Assembly (NCBI GenBank): GCA_964348055.1
Contig: CAYGBH010000001.1
Span: 1 to 42,013, forward strand
Source: an uncultured Pirellulales bacterium
Lineage (GTDB): Bacteria > Planctomycetota > Phycisphaerae > Sedimentisphaerales > Anaerobacaceae
Reading direction: 5' to 3'
DNA: 42,013 nt
Part shown: positions 8,906-17,216 of the stretch, piece by piece
Layout of the letters: each line of letters starts with the position of its first letter
How positions within the stretch are numbered: position 1 is the first letter of the stretch
Made by a program: the position numbers and the translations under genes
The notes under the pieces: model-generated
Told to the model about the DNA's origin: nothing
What the model saw: only the letters and a program-made list of their open reading frames with translations
The model's database searches: none

Positions 8906-10621
8906 ATGAAAATGGCAAGTCACCATTTCTGTTGCTGGATTGTAACAATTGTGGTCGCGTTTTCGGTCGACACAGCAGTTATGGCAGGCAGCGCCGCGCC
9001 GCGACATCCTCAGGTAGGTAAACCGTTCACGCCAGCAGACATCGATTACGCTAATCCCGTGTATGAAACCTCGTTTGAGGATGAGGCGGTGCTGCACGAC
9101 TGGCGGCTCGAAGGCGGCAAGCGAATGAGCATCATCGACGGCAAACTGGTGCTGCAAAGCCAGCCAACTTCGGACGACCGGAATCACCTGGTCTGCTGGC
9201 TAACGAAGGAAGTTCCGGCCGATTTCCTGCTTGAGTTCACGGTCCGACCACAGGATCGCAAGCAAGGATTGAATATTGTTTTTTTCAATGCCCGCGGCCT
9301 CAATGGCAAGAGCATTTTCGATCAGTCTTTGCAGAAACGCAACGGCATCTTCAAGCAGTACCACAGCGGCGATCTAAAAAACTATCACGTTTCATATTGG
9401 GCGGCGGAGCGAGGCTTCTCAAACCTGCGCAAGAATCGAGGTTTTCACCTGGTATCATCGGGCAATGACTATATCGTTGCGGGTGATCCGGATGCGTTTC
9501 AAACGGTTCATATCTACAAACATGGCGGAAAGATACGCATGATGGTCGACGGCTTGGTAGCGCTTGCATTTGATGACGATGGGGAAAAGTTTGGGCCCGT
9601 TCACGAGCACTCCGGCTGGATCGGCCTGAGACAGATGGGACACACATTGCGCTGTGAGTATGAACATCTCAAGATATACAGACTGCTGCCGGCCAGCCGT
9701 GCCAGGATTGCTGAGGAGCTTGAGGTTGCGATTTGGCCCGGCGTTGCTCCCGGTTCGGTCGGTAGCACACTCAAGGAAGAGTACAGTGACCGAACGGTCA
9801 CTGATGGTACGGATACGATCCGTGACCGGTCGGTACGCGGTGTGACCAGACCGACGCTGAGGGTTTATCTGCCGGATCAACGCAAGGCCACTGGGGTCGC
9901 GGTTGTTATCTGTCCGGGCGGCGGGTTCAATCACCTGGCAATCGACAAGGAAGGCCATGACGTGGCGCGCTGGCTGCGCTCACACGGCATCGCGGGCGCC
10001 GTCGTCAAATACCGATTGCCGGACCCGGATGTTCAATTGTACGTGTCCAACGGGTCGATTCCTGATATGCAGCGCGCGATCCGTATGGTGCGCTATAACG
10101 CAGGCAAGTGGAATATTAATCCGAAGCAAATCGGCGTGATGGGATTTTCGGCAGGCGGATATCTGGCCGCTGCTGCCGGGGTGCTGTTCGACCGAGGCGA
10201 TCCAAAAGCGGATGACCCGATCGGCCGCGTCAGTTGCCGGCCTGATTTCATCGCGCCCATCTATCCGCTCGTGTCGCTCAAGCTCCTTGGTAATCGGCGC
10301 GCGGGGCTCTTGGAGCAGATGCTGGGCCGGAACCCGAACGACGAACTGGTCAGCGAGTACTCGCTCGAGACAAGAGTCACCTCACAAACGCCGCCGACGT
10401 TTCTGGTCCATGCGCATGACGACGGTTTGTCGGTCGAGCACAGTATTCGCTTCTATCTTGCTTTGCGAAAGGCCGATGTGCCCGCTGAACTGCACGTGTA
10501 TTCAAAGGGTGGACACGGTTTCGGTATGCGTCAACGCGGCCAGCCGGTCTCAACATGGCGCCAGCGGTGGCTTGAATGGATGCAGGCCGAAGGATTTCTT
10601 CTGCAATCAACGCATCGGTAA
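8906..10621 (+). CDS. Secreted fusion protein: YesU-like DUF1961 (concanavalin-like) domain plus alpha/beta-hydrolase carbohydrate esterase
   Basis: The N-terminal half matches my recollection of B. subtilis YesU/DUF1961 ('DWRLEGG', 'YHSGDLKNYHVSYW', 'NLRKNRGFHL', 'GLRQM'). The C-terminal half has 'VVICPGGGF', the nucleophile elbow 'GFSAGG' and 'HAHDDGLSVEHS...GGHGF'. Possible starts are 8891 and 8906; 8906 is preceded by GGGAGA with 7-nt spacing and begins the signal peptide 'MKMASHHFCCWIVTIVVAFSVDTAVMA'. Confidence 0.85.
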   Translation: MKMASHHFCCWIVTIVVAFSVDTAVMAGSAAPRHPQVGKPFTPADIDYANPVYETSFEDEAVLHDWRLEGGKRMSIIDGKLVLQSQPTSDDRNHLVCWLTKEVPADFLLEFTVRPQDRKQGLNIVFFNARGLNGKSIFDQSLQKRNGIFKQYHSGDLKNYHVSYWAAERGFSNLRKNRGFHLVSSGNDYIVAGDPDAFQTVHIYKHGGKIRMMVDGLVALAFDDDGEKFGPVHEHSGWIGLRQMGHTLRCEYEHLKIYRLLPASRARIAEELEVAIWPGVAPGSVGSTLKEEYSDRTVTDGTDTIRDRSVRGVTRPTLRVYLPDQRKATGVAVVICPGGGFNHLAIDKEGHDVARWLRSHGIAGAVVKYRLPDPDVQLYVSNGSIPDMQRAIRMVRYNAGKWNINPKQIGVMGFSAGGYLAAAAGVLFDRGDPKADDPIGRVSCRPDFIAPIYPLVSLKLLGNRRAGLLEQMLGRNPNDELVSEYSLETRVTSQTPPTFLVHAHDDGLSVEHSIRFYLALRKADVPAELHVYSKGGHGFGMRQRGQPVSTWRQRWLEWMQAEGFLLQSTHR

Positions 10622-10700
10622 CAACTGATATTGGATTAAGGCAAGTACAGATTTATCTTAAGAGTAAAAAGTTCGATGAAGACTGCATGAAAGGTTGATT

Positions 10701-13214
10701 ATGAAAAACTCTATCGGTGTCATAATGCTGCAATTGTTGATTATCGGGGGACAAGGGCTTGGGCGGTCTGTACACATCGGTTCCGAAGCCATTGTACCAG
10801 AGAATCTCCGCAGTCACTACAGCCGGTACGTAAACTGGCGGCCAGCGGACGGCGAGATGGTTCGGTTAAATCCTCCACGGATGAGTTGGCCCTATTGGCC
10901 GGATGGGCCTAATAATTTCCGCGATGCCTTGCATTTGTTTACTCTTCAGATATCGTCGAATCCGGATTGCTCGAATCCTGTTGTAAACGTCACCTGCCCT
11001 TACAATTTCTACAACACCCTACCGGCCTTAATCAAAGGCCCGACCCAGGAGCAGAATCGCTGGTACTGGCGCGTAGGTTATGACGTTGGACCCGGCCGGG
11101 TAAAGTGGAGCAACATCCGTTCGTTCATCATCGCGGAGGATGCGACGGCCTGGGACCGTTCAGCATTAGCCGACCTCCATCTGGCCCGGCTCGGGCATCC
11201 TCGCATCCTATTCAATGCCGGGAATATAAATCGCATTCGTCAATTGGCCCAAACAGACGGCGGTTCCAAAGCTGCTCTACGTTATATGCGTCTTCAGGCG
11301 GACCAGATCATGCAAAAGCGTTGGTGGAGCAGCTTTCCTGCAACTGATCGCGCAACCCAACCGGCGCAGGAGTTTTATACCATCGCCCGCGATTTGGCGA
11401 TGGTATGTTTTGTTTGGCGAATGACCGGTGATGACCGGTATGCCGGCGTAAAATCTCGTGCCGTAACCTGGGCGAGCTACCCACCTGGTGGGCGGGCCTC
11501 ACCAGAAGGCTTGGGAGGCGATGGGAACGAAGACGCCACTCAAGGAAATGAGTTCCTGGCCCTGCTGTTCGACTGGCTCTATCCTGACCTTACTTCGACA
11601 GAACGACAGATCATGATTGGCTCTCTCGAATGGCGCATCAATCACATTATGAATGACTTTTCCTGGAAGAACAAAAACCGCAAAGACAAAGAAACTGGCC
11701 AGCCCCTGGTAAGGGCCGGTGGGATGTCCGGGATGCTTGATAGTCACGGTTACGAAGCCGCCATGGACACCGCAGTATGCGGTCTGGCGCTTTACGAACA
11801 CAGCCAGATTGGGCGTGAATGGTTCGACCTAATCCTCAATTATTTAATCGGCGTGACTTGCGGACACGGCTTCGACGAGGCATGGAATGAAGGCGCCGGC
11901 TACGGCACCTCAAAATGCAAATGGTTGATGAATGCCACAATGTATTTTGACACGTCACTGCCTCAAGCCCACCTTGGACGCAATCCCTACTATACACGAA
12001 TTGGCGAATTCTTCCGCCGCATCATTCCGGTCGGTATGGGCCATCATGCCTGGGGCAACCAGGCAAATGCTTCCCAGCGCAATCACCTAGCGCACTTTCG
12101 CCAATTCGCCTACTTAACTGGTGACGGCCGTTTCCTGCTGAATTGGCAGCAATACGGCGGCGAAGAGTTCTCCACATTCCGTCCCTGGATCGAGTACGTA
12201 CTGCCTGCGTACTATGATGAGCCCGAGCCCGAGCCCGAAAACGATACCGTTGGTTTGTTTCCCATCGCCGGTTGGGTCATGGCCGCCACCGGTCCTCCGA
12301 GCTTACGCTCGACCTACGAGAACGGCCTGGGTATTATCTTTCAGTGTCGGCCTCGCGGCGGTTACGGCCACTCATTTAATTCCGACGGGTCTTTCCAACT
12401 GCATGCTTACGGGCAAATGCTGAATCACGGCGGTGGAAGTTCGGCCAATCGTGATGCCTATGCGTTCCACACTATGAGTCATAACACAATCCTGGTGGAC
12501 GGCCTGGGTCAGGCGCAACCGCCAACCGGCCAACTCTATCCTACGTACGGGCGCGTCGTCGCCTTTTCCCGCGGCGAAGATTACGTCTATTTCGCCGGTG
12601 ACGCCACCCGTTGCTATCCTCGCGCGCCGGGCAAGTATTCGCGATGGTCGCTGCCCTTGGACGATGTATATCAGAAGAGAGCCTTGCCCTATCTGGATTA
12701 TTTCATCCGGCATGTCCTTTTTCTGCGCGGCCGATATTTCGTAATCTATGACGACCTGAGCTGCTCTGTAGCCGCCACCTATACCTGGCTATATCATATT
12801 GTACCGCAAGAGCCGTTTGACTTTGATGAAAGCACCTTTACAATTGATTATGCCGTCGGCGACGTGAAGGTGCGCCTGCGACATTTGGCCCATCCAGGAG
12901 GACTCAACCTTGACGACCGTATTGGGACCGAAGCTTTTGTGAATCCGTTTACCGGCGAAGATTATCGTCAATGGCGAAGAGGTGATATCCTCTGCGCACA
13001 TAACCTGTGGATTAGTAATACCGTTCCTGCCCAGCAGTGGCGTTTTCTTGCGGTTGTATATCCTGCACGGCCGGGAGAGATGGTCGCTGCTATTGAACGT
13101 CTCGATGATTTCACCGTCCGCGTGGCCGATGAAGTCATCAGTTTCAACCCGAATTCGCCGTACGCGCGGGACGCGGATTTTGTTGTGGATGTACCGGCGA
13201 TACGTCCAGAATAA
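10701..13214 (+). CDS. Secreted DUF4962 / heparinase II/III-like polysaccharide lyase
   Basis: The N-terminal DUF4962-like region reads 'LNPPRMSWPYWPDG...LFTLQISSNPDCSNP'. 'HPRILFNAGNINRIRQL' is typical of alginate-lyase/heparinase II/III N-domains. The C-terminal 'HSFNSDGSFQLHAYGQML...HTMSHNTILVDG' is the heparinase II/III-like motif. The listed start at 10695 is TTG; the ATG at 10701 follows an AAGG Shine-Dalgarno-like site. Confidence 0.85.
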   Translation: MKNSIGVIMLQLLIIGGQGLGRSVHIGSEAIVPENLRSHYSRYVNWRPADGEMVRLNPPRMSWPYWPDGPNNFRDALHLFTLQISSNPDCSNPVVNVTCPYNFYNTLPALIKGPTQEQNRWYWRVGYDVGPGRVKWSNIRSFIIAEDATAWDRSALADLHLARLGHPRILFNAGNINRIRQLAQTDGGSKAALRYMRLQADQIMQKRWWSSFPATDRATQPAQEFYTIARDLAMVCFVWRMTGDDRYAGVKSRAVTWASYPPGGRASPEGLGGDGNEDATQGNEFLALLFDWLYPDLTSTERQIMIGSLEWRINHIMNDFSWKNKNRKDKETGQPLVRAGGMSGMLDSHGYEAAMDTAVCGLALYEHSQIGREWFDLILNYLIGVTCGHGFDEAWNEGAGYGTSKCKWLMNATMYFDTSLPQAHLGRNPYYTRIGEFFRRIIPVGMGHHAWGNQANASQRNHLAHFRQFAYLTGDGRFLLNWQQYGGEEFSTFRPWIEYVLPAYYDEPEPEPENDTVGLFPIAGWVMAATGPPSLRSTYENGLGIIFQCRPRGGYGHSFNSDGSFQLHAYGQMLNHGGGSSANRDAYAFHTMSHNTILVDGLGQAQPPTGQLYPTYGRVVAFSRGEDYVYFAGDATRCYPRAPGKYSRWSLPLDDVYQKRALPYLDYFIRHVLFLRGRYFVIYDDLSCSVAATYTWLYHIVPQEPFDFDESTFTIDYAVGDVKVRLRHLAHPGGLNLDDRIGTEAFVNPFTGEDYRQWRRGDILCAHNLWISNTVPAQQWRFLAVVYPARPGEMVAAIERLDDFTVRVADEVISFNPNSPYARDADFVVDVPAIRPE

Positions 13215-13403
13215 AACCTTTGTACAGAGAGAATCGTGGAAGTTGATTCAGGAAGGCCGCACAGTTGTCAATGAACTTAAACTGACGCGCAGCCAGCTGA
13301 CACCTCCGGGCAATTGAAACCACTCATTCAGAGAGGTATAAATCGAAGACTTGAAGCGGAGTTGAAAAAATGAAAGACTTGATCATGAATTATGTGAAAG
13401 GGA

Positions 13404-16400
13404 ATGGATAAGATGAAACAAGACCTGCTCAGTATACTCGTAATATCGCTGTTGATTTTGGCTTCGAATTCGTTCCTTGAAGCTCAAGGCCTGCCCGCCG
13501 TACGAGACTCTGGGCAGGCGGGCCAATCCAGCCGGGAAATTCTGGAGCAAACCGGCGTCAAGGGTGGACTGATTGTCCATATTGATTGTGGCGACGGCCG
13601 GCTGACGGCCGCCTTGCGGGACAATGAACGGTATATCGTTCACGGCTTAGATACCGACACGAAGGATATCGAAACCGCCCGCCGACATATTCAATCGCTC
13701 GGCGTTTACGGCCCCGTGTCCGTCCAGCTCTGGAATGGGGCGATCCTTCCTTACGCCGACAACCTAGCCAGCCTTGTGGTTGTGGATAAGCCCAAACGCG
13801 TTCCCATGAACGAAATCATGCGTGTGCTGCGACCGCTGGGAGTAGCTTATGTCAAGTCGGGCGGCAAATGGATAAAAATAACCAAGCCCTGGCCTGACGA
13901 TATCGACGAGTGGACGCACTGGCAGCATTCCGCCGATGGCAATGCAGTTGCGCGCGACAAGGTAGTCGACTCCCCTCGTCGCATCCAGTGGGTTGCTGAG
14001 CCGATTTGGCAGCGCCATCATAATACGGTACCGAGCACCAGCGCCATGGTTTCTTCCCGAGGCCGGATGTTCATTATCCAGGATGAGGCACAGACCAGCG
14101 CGAATTCGGGGCAACTGCCTGATAAATGGTTCCTGGTGGCACGGGATGCCTTTAGCGGAGTTCTGCTGTGGAAAAGGCCCATCAAGGAATGGGGGTGGAA
14201 AGCCTGGAATACCGCCTGGGAGGGACGTTTTAATCAGCCGCCGCAGTTGCCCAAGCGTCTCGTCGCTGCCGGAGATCGCGTCTACGTCGCTTTGGGATTC
14301 AGTGCTCCGGTTTCTGAAATCGATGCCGCCACGGGCAAGGTTCTAAGGATTCTCAAGGGCACAGAGCGCACCGATGAGATTATCCATCAGGACGGTAAAC
14401 TCGTCCTGTCGATAGGCCATGAAGCCCCCAAACCGAGCGAAGATAGAAAGGAGGCCGTCAGAAGGAGTGTCTGCGTAATAGACTTGGAGTCAGGGAAGAA
14501 AATCTGGGAGAAGGGAGCATACTCCGGGCTTCAGGCAAAGACCGATAGTGCCGAGCCGTTTGGGCGTCTGGAACTGATCGCTAGCAAGAAGCAGGTGTTT
14601 CTGATGGATCAAAGTGCAATCGTGAGCCTGGATCTGCGCACAGGCCGGCAGAACTGGCGGATTGCTCGTCCTAAGGCCAAGGAATACTTGATAACCAGTT
14701 ATTTCATCCGCTATAGCGACCAATGTGTGCTTGTATACCAGGATGGTGTGATTCTGCTGGCACAGCCCACTTGGGAACCTCAGAGGGGTTGGCACAGCTT
14801 CCCCGGTACCCTGTACGCCTACAGTGCTGCCCAAGGCAAACTGCTCTGGAAGCACCCTTACGGCGGGTGGGCTCACAACTGGCAACCTGATGTGTTTGTG
14901 GTCGACGGCACGGTTTGGATTCACGAGTATACGGTTGTCGAGGATAGCGACTGGAGGACGGGACACCGCCTGGACAAATCAAACATCGACTACTTTCTCA
15001 TCGGCCTTGATCTGCAGACCGGCAAAATCAAACGAAGATTCTCCACTAATAAGACACTCCAAACCGATCACCACCATCGCTGTTACCGCGCAAAGGCGAC
15101 AGAGCGGTTTTTCATAGCTTCACGTCGCGGGGCGGAATTCATCAACTATGAGACCGGGCATAACAGCCTCAACCACTGGGCTCGCGGTGCCTGTCTGCAC
15201 GGATTTGTGCCCTGCAATGGTATGCTCTACCTGACTCCACACCCATGCACATGCTATCTCGATGCCAAACTCAACGGCTACTACGCATTGGCCCCCAAAT
15301 CGGACCGCGTCGCTTCGGCGCAGACAACCGACAGTGCAGCCTTCGAACTCGGTCCAGCATATTGGCAAGCATACGCCGGCAACGGCAAGGCAACAAATGG
15401 GAATGACTGGCCGACCTTCCGTCACGACGCCTCCCGCAGTGGCTCGACGAAAGCTTCTGTGTCACACAACCTCAAGTTATTCTGGGAAGCTGCTGTGGGC
15501 GGAAAACTCACCCCGCCGGTTGTCGCCGGGGGCAGGGCCTTCGTCGCGTCGATTGACGAGCACAGGGTTGTTGCACTGAACGAAAGCAACGGCAGGCAGG
15601 TTTGGGACTTCACCGCAGGAGGACGCGTTGATACGCCCCCGACCATCTACAAGGGCTTGGTGTTGTTTGGATCCGCAGACGGTTGGGTGTATTGCCTGCG
15701 TGAATCGGACGGCCGGCTTGTGTGGCGCCGACGACTGGCACCGGAAGCACGTCTGATCGGAGCTCGCGACCAGCTGGAATCAGCCTGGCCCGTCCACGGC
15801 AGCATCCTGGTCAAAGACGGCATCGCCTACGCGGCTGCCGGGAGATCTTCATATCTGGATTCGGGGATATTCCTATACGAGTTGGACCCGGTGACCGGCA
15901 AGATCCTCAAGAAACGGACCCTTTACAGCCCCGATCCCGAAACCGACGAGATGATCCCGCCGAATATATTTGTCGACAGAAAAACCCTTCAAGGCACGAA
16001 ATCCGACATCCTGGTGAGTGCCGGCTCAGGCATTTTCATGCGCCGCGAAAGAGTATTTGGCGACGACACAAATCCCATGCCTTATCTCTTTGCTGGTGGT
16101 GGATTTCGCGATGAGAACTGGTTCAATCGCGTGAGCTGGGAGGTAGGCCCGGTAGGGAGGTCCCAGCTTTTGGTGTTCACCGGTAATAAAGCTTACGGAG
16201 TTCAAGCGTATCTGGGCAAAAACCTGGGAAAAAGCTTTCAGCGTGGGAACAAGGGCCACAGACTGTGGGCAGGAGAGTGGAATTTGGCCCCGATAAGCGA
16301 TTCAGATTCCAAAGGGACCCCCAAACGCATTCTTTCGCGTTTTGGGAACCCCTTAAATAAGGTCAAGGAACTCTGGTTAGAGAATGTGTCGGTACGCTTC

Positions 16401-16664
16401 AATTCTTTAGCAGCCGCCGGTGAAATCCTCTTTGCCGCCGGGGCGATTGACACCATTGACCCGGCAGATCCTCTTGCCCCGTTTGAAGGACGTGCCGACT
16501 CTAAGCTGTGGGCGGTTAACGGCAAAGACGGACGGAAGCTGAGTGAATACCACCTGGAAGGTTCTCCGGTCTACGACGGAATGGCTGTTACCGAGGGACG
16601 CGTATTCGTGGCAATGAAGACCGGTAAGGTGATCTGTTTTGAGTCAAGTCAACCGGAGAGATAA
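13404..16664 (+). CDS. Large secreted protein: class I SAM-methyltransferase-like domain followed by PQQ-type (BamB-like) beta-propeller repeats
   Basis: The signal peptide is 'MDKMKQDLLSILVISLLILASNSFLEAQ'. The MTase-like block reads 'GGLIVHIDCGDGRLTAAL...HGLDTD...LPYADNLASLVVV...EIMRVLRPLGVAYV'. Propeller hallmarks include 'DWPTFRHDASRSGST' and repeated 'DG.V..L....G...W' units. Confidence 0.8.
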   Translation: MDKMKQDLLSILVISLLILASNSFLEAQGLPAVRDSGQAGQSSREILEQTGVKGGLIVHIDCGDGRLTAALRDNERYIVHGLDTDTKDIETARRHIQSLGVYGPVSVQLWNGAILPYADNLASLVVVDKPKRVPMNEIMRVLRPLGVAYVKSGGKWIKITKPWPDDIDEWTHWQHSADGNAVARDKVVDSPRRIQWVAEPIWQRHHNTVPSTSAMVSSRGRMFIIQDEAQTSANSGQLPDKWFLVARDAFSGVLLWKRPIKEWGWKAWNTAWEGRFNQPPQLPKRLVAAGDRVYVALGFSAPVSEIDAATGKVLRILKGTERTDEIIHQDGKLVLSIGHEAPKPSEDRKEAVRRSVCVIDLESGKKIWEKGAYSGLQAKTDSAEPFGRLELIASKKQVFLMDQSAIVSLDLRTGRQNWRIARPKAKEYLITSYFIRYSDQCVLVYQDGVILLAQPTWEPQRGWHSFPGTLYAYSAAQGKLLWKHPYGGWAHNWQPDVFVVDGTVWIHEYTVVEDSDWRTGHRLDKSNIDYFLIGLDLQTGKIKRRFSTNKTLQTDHHHRCYRAKATERFFIASRRGAEFINYETGHNSLNHWARGACLHGFVPCNGMLYLTPHPCTCYLDAKLNGYYALAPKSDRVASAQTTDSAAFELGPAYWQAYAGNGKATNGNDWPTFRHDASRSGSTKASVSHNLKLFWEAAVGGKLTPPVVAGGRAFVASIDEHRVVALNESNGRQVWDFTAGGRVDTPPTIYKGLVLFGSADGWVYCLRESDGRLVWRRRLAPEARLIGARDQLESAWPVHGSILVKDGIAYAAAGRSSYLDSGIFLYELDPVTGKILKKRTLYSPDPETDEMIPPNIFVDRKTLQGTKSDILVSAGSGIFMRRERVFGDDTNPMPYLFAGGGFRDENWFNRVSWEVGPVGRSQLLVFTGNKAYGVQAYLGKNLGKSFQRGNKGHRLWAGEWNLAPISDSDSKGTPKRILSRFGNPLNKVKELWLENVSVRFNSLAAAGEILFAAGAIDTIDPADPLAPFEGRADSKLWAVNGKDGRKLSEYHLEGSPVYDGMAVTEGRVFVAMKTGKVICFESSQPER

Positions 16665-16673
16665 GAGATGTCA

Positions 16674-16693
16674 TGCAGGTAGCCGAACCTGCA
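16674..16693 (+). terminator. Candidate terminator hairpin at the convergent junction (no T-tract)
   Basis: It is tgcaggt-agccga-acctgca: a perfect 7-bp stem with a 6-nt loop, starting 10 nt after the stop at 16664. It is followed by GC-rich gcagc repeats rather than a U-run, so it is not a canonical intrinsic terminator. Confidence 0.3.
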
Positions 16694-16727
16694 GCAGCGC
16701 CTGCAGCGAGCAGCGAAAAGGCACAGA

Positions 16728-16991
16728 TTAATGCCTCGAGAACAAATGGCAGCGATTACAAACTGTCTTCATAGGCGATTTTTTCTTTGAGAATAATGCA
16801 CGGGCACTTTGGTAATACTCATTATTCCATATTTCAGAGAAATCCATGTGTATCAAATCACCAAAAATGTCCTGGCTTTCCAAGCTGGACGTCGATGATT
16901 CAAATCCCTTTGCCCACTTTTTTGTATCTTCATTGTAGCCGATAGCTTTTAAAGAATCGTTTGTGCCTTTTTTTCTCTCGATTTTGGCCAC
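16728..16991 (-). pseudogene. C-terminal remnant of a radical SAM/SPASM-domain gene (a fourth paralog of the three intact ones in the operon)
   Basis: The translation '...SSLESQDIFGDLIHMDFSEIWNNEYYQSARALF...CNRCHLF' aligns with the C-terminus of ORF 27147..28469 ('PCCAMGESFGNLLDSNFEDIWNNRKFLLLRRTV...CRDCYL'). The CC pair is replaced by SS, there is no radical SAM core, and the only 'start' is GTG. Confidence 0.55.
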
Positions 16992-16999
16992 AGTCAGTG

Positions 17000-17034
17000 T
17001 TTTGTGTAATATTTTGTGTAATATTTTGTGTAAC
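17000..17034. repeat. Tandem 12-bp direct repeat, about 2.9 copies (ttttgtgtaata)
   Basis: Read directly: 17000-17011, 17012-17023, 17024-17034 (last copy ttttgtgtaac). It lies in the AT-rich spacer between the SPASM remnant and the last operon gene. Confidence 0.85.
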
Positions 17035-17216
17035 TTTTGCTGGAGATGTACACCTATAAGCGCTGGCAGCTTCGTTAATTTTATTTTTGCTTTTTATAGT
17101 TTCGATCGGACCTTTTACCTTGGAGGTGTTAAAAATATAACCGAGTTTTACTACAACTTCTAACCTTAAACACCAGTCTGAATATCAGGGTACAGAATAG
17201 CTCTTGGAATAATGTT

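Noticed and set aside
8780-9187. A 135-aa minus-strand ORF overlapping the start of the esterase-fusion gene
   Set aside because: It has no recognisable motif and is Cys/His/Arg-rich. It overlaps a well-supported plus-strand gene and its signal peptide.
9455-9958. A 167-aa minus-strand ORF, together with similar ORFs at 12372..12713, 13764..14114 and 14490..14966
   Set aside because: These are antisense shadows inside GC-rich plus-strand genes with strong domain evidence.
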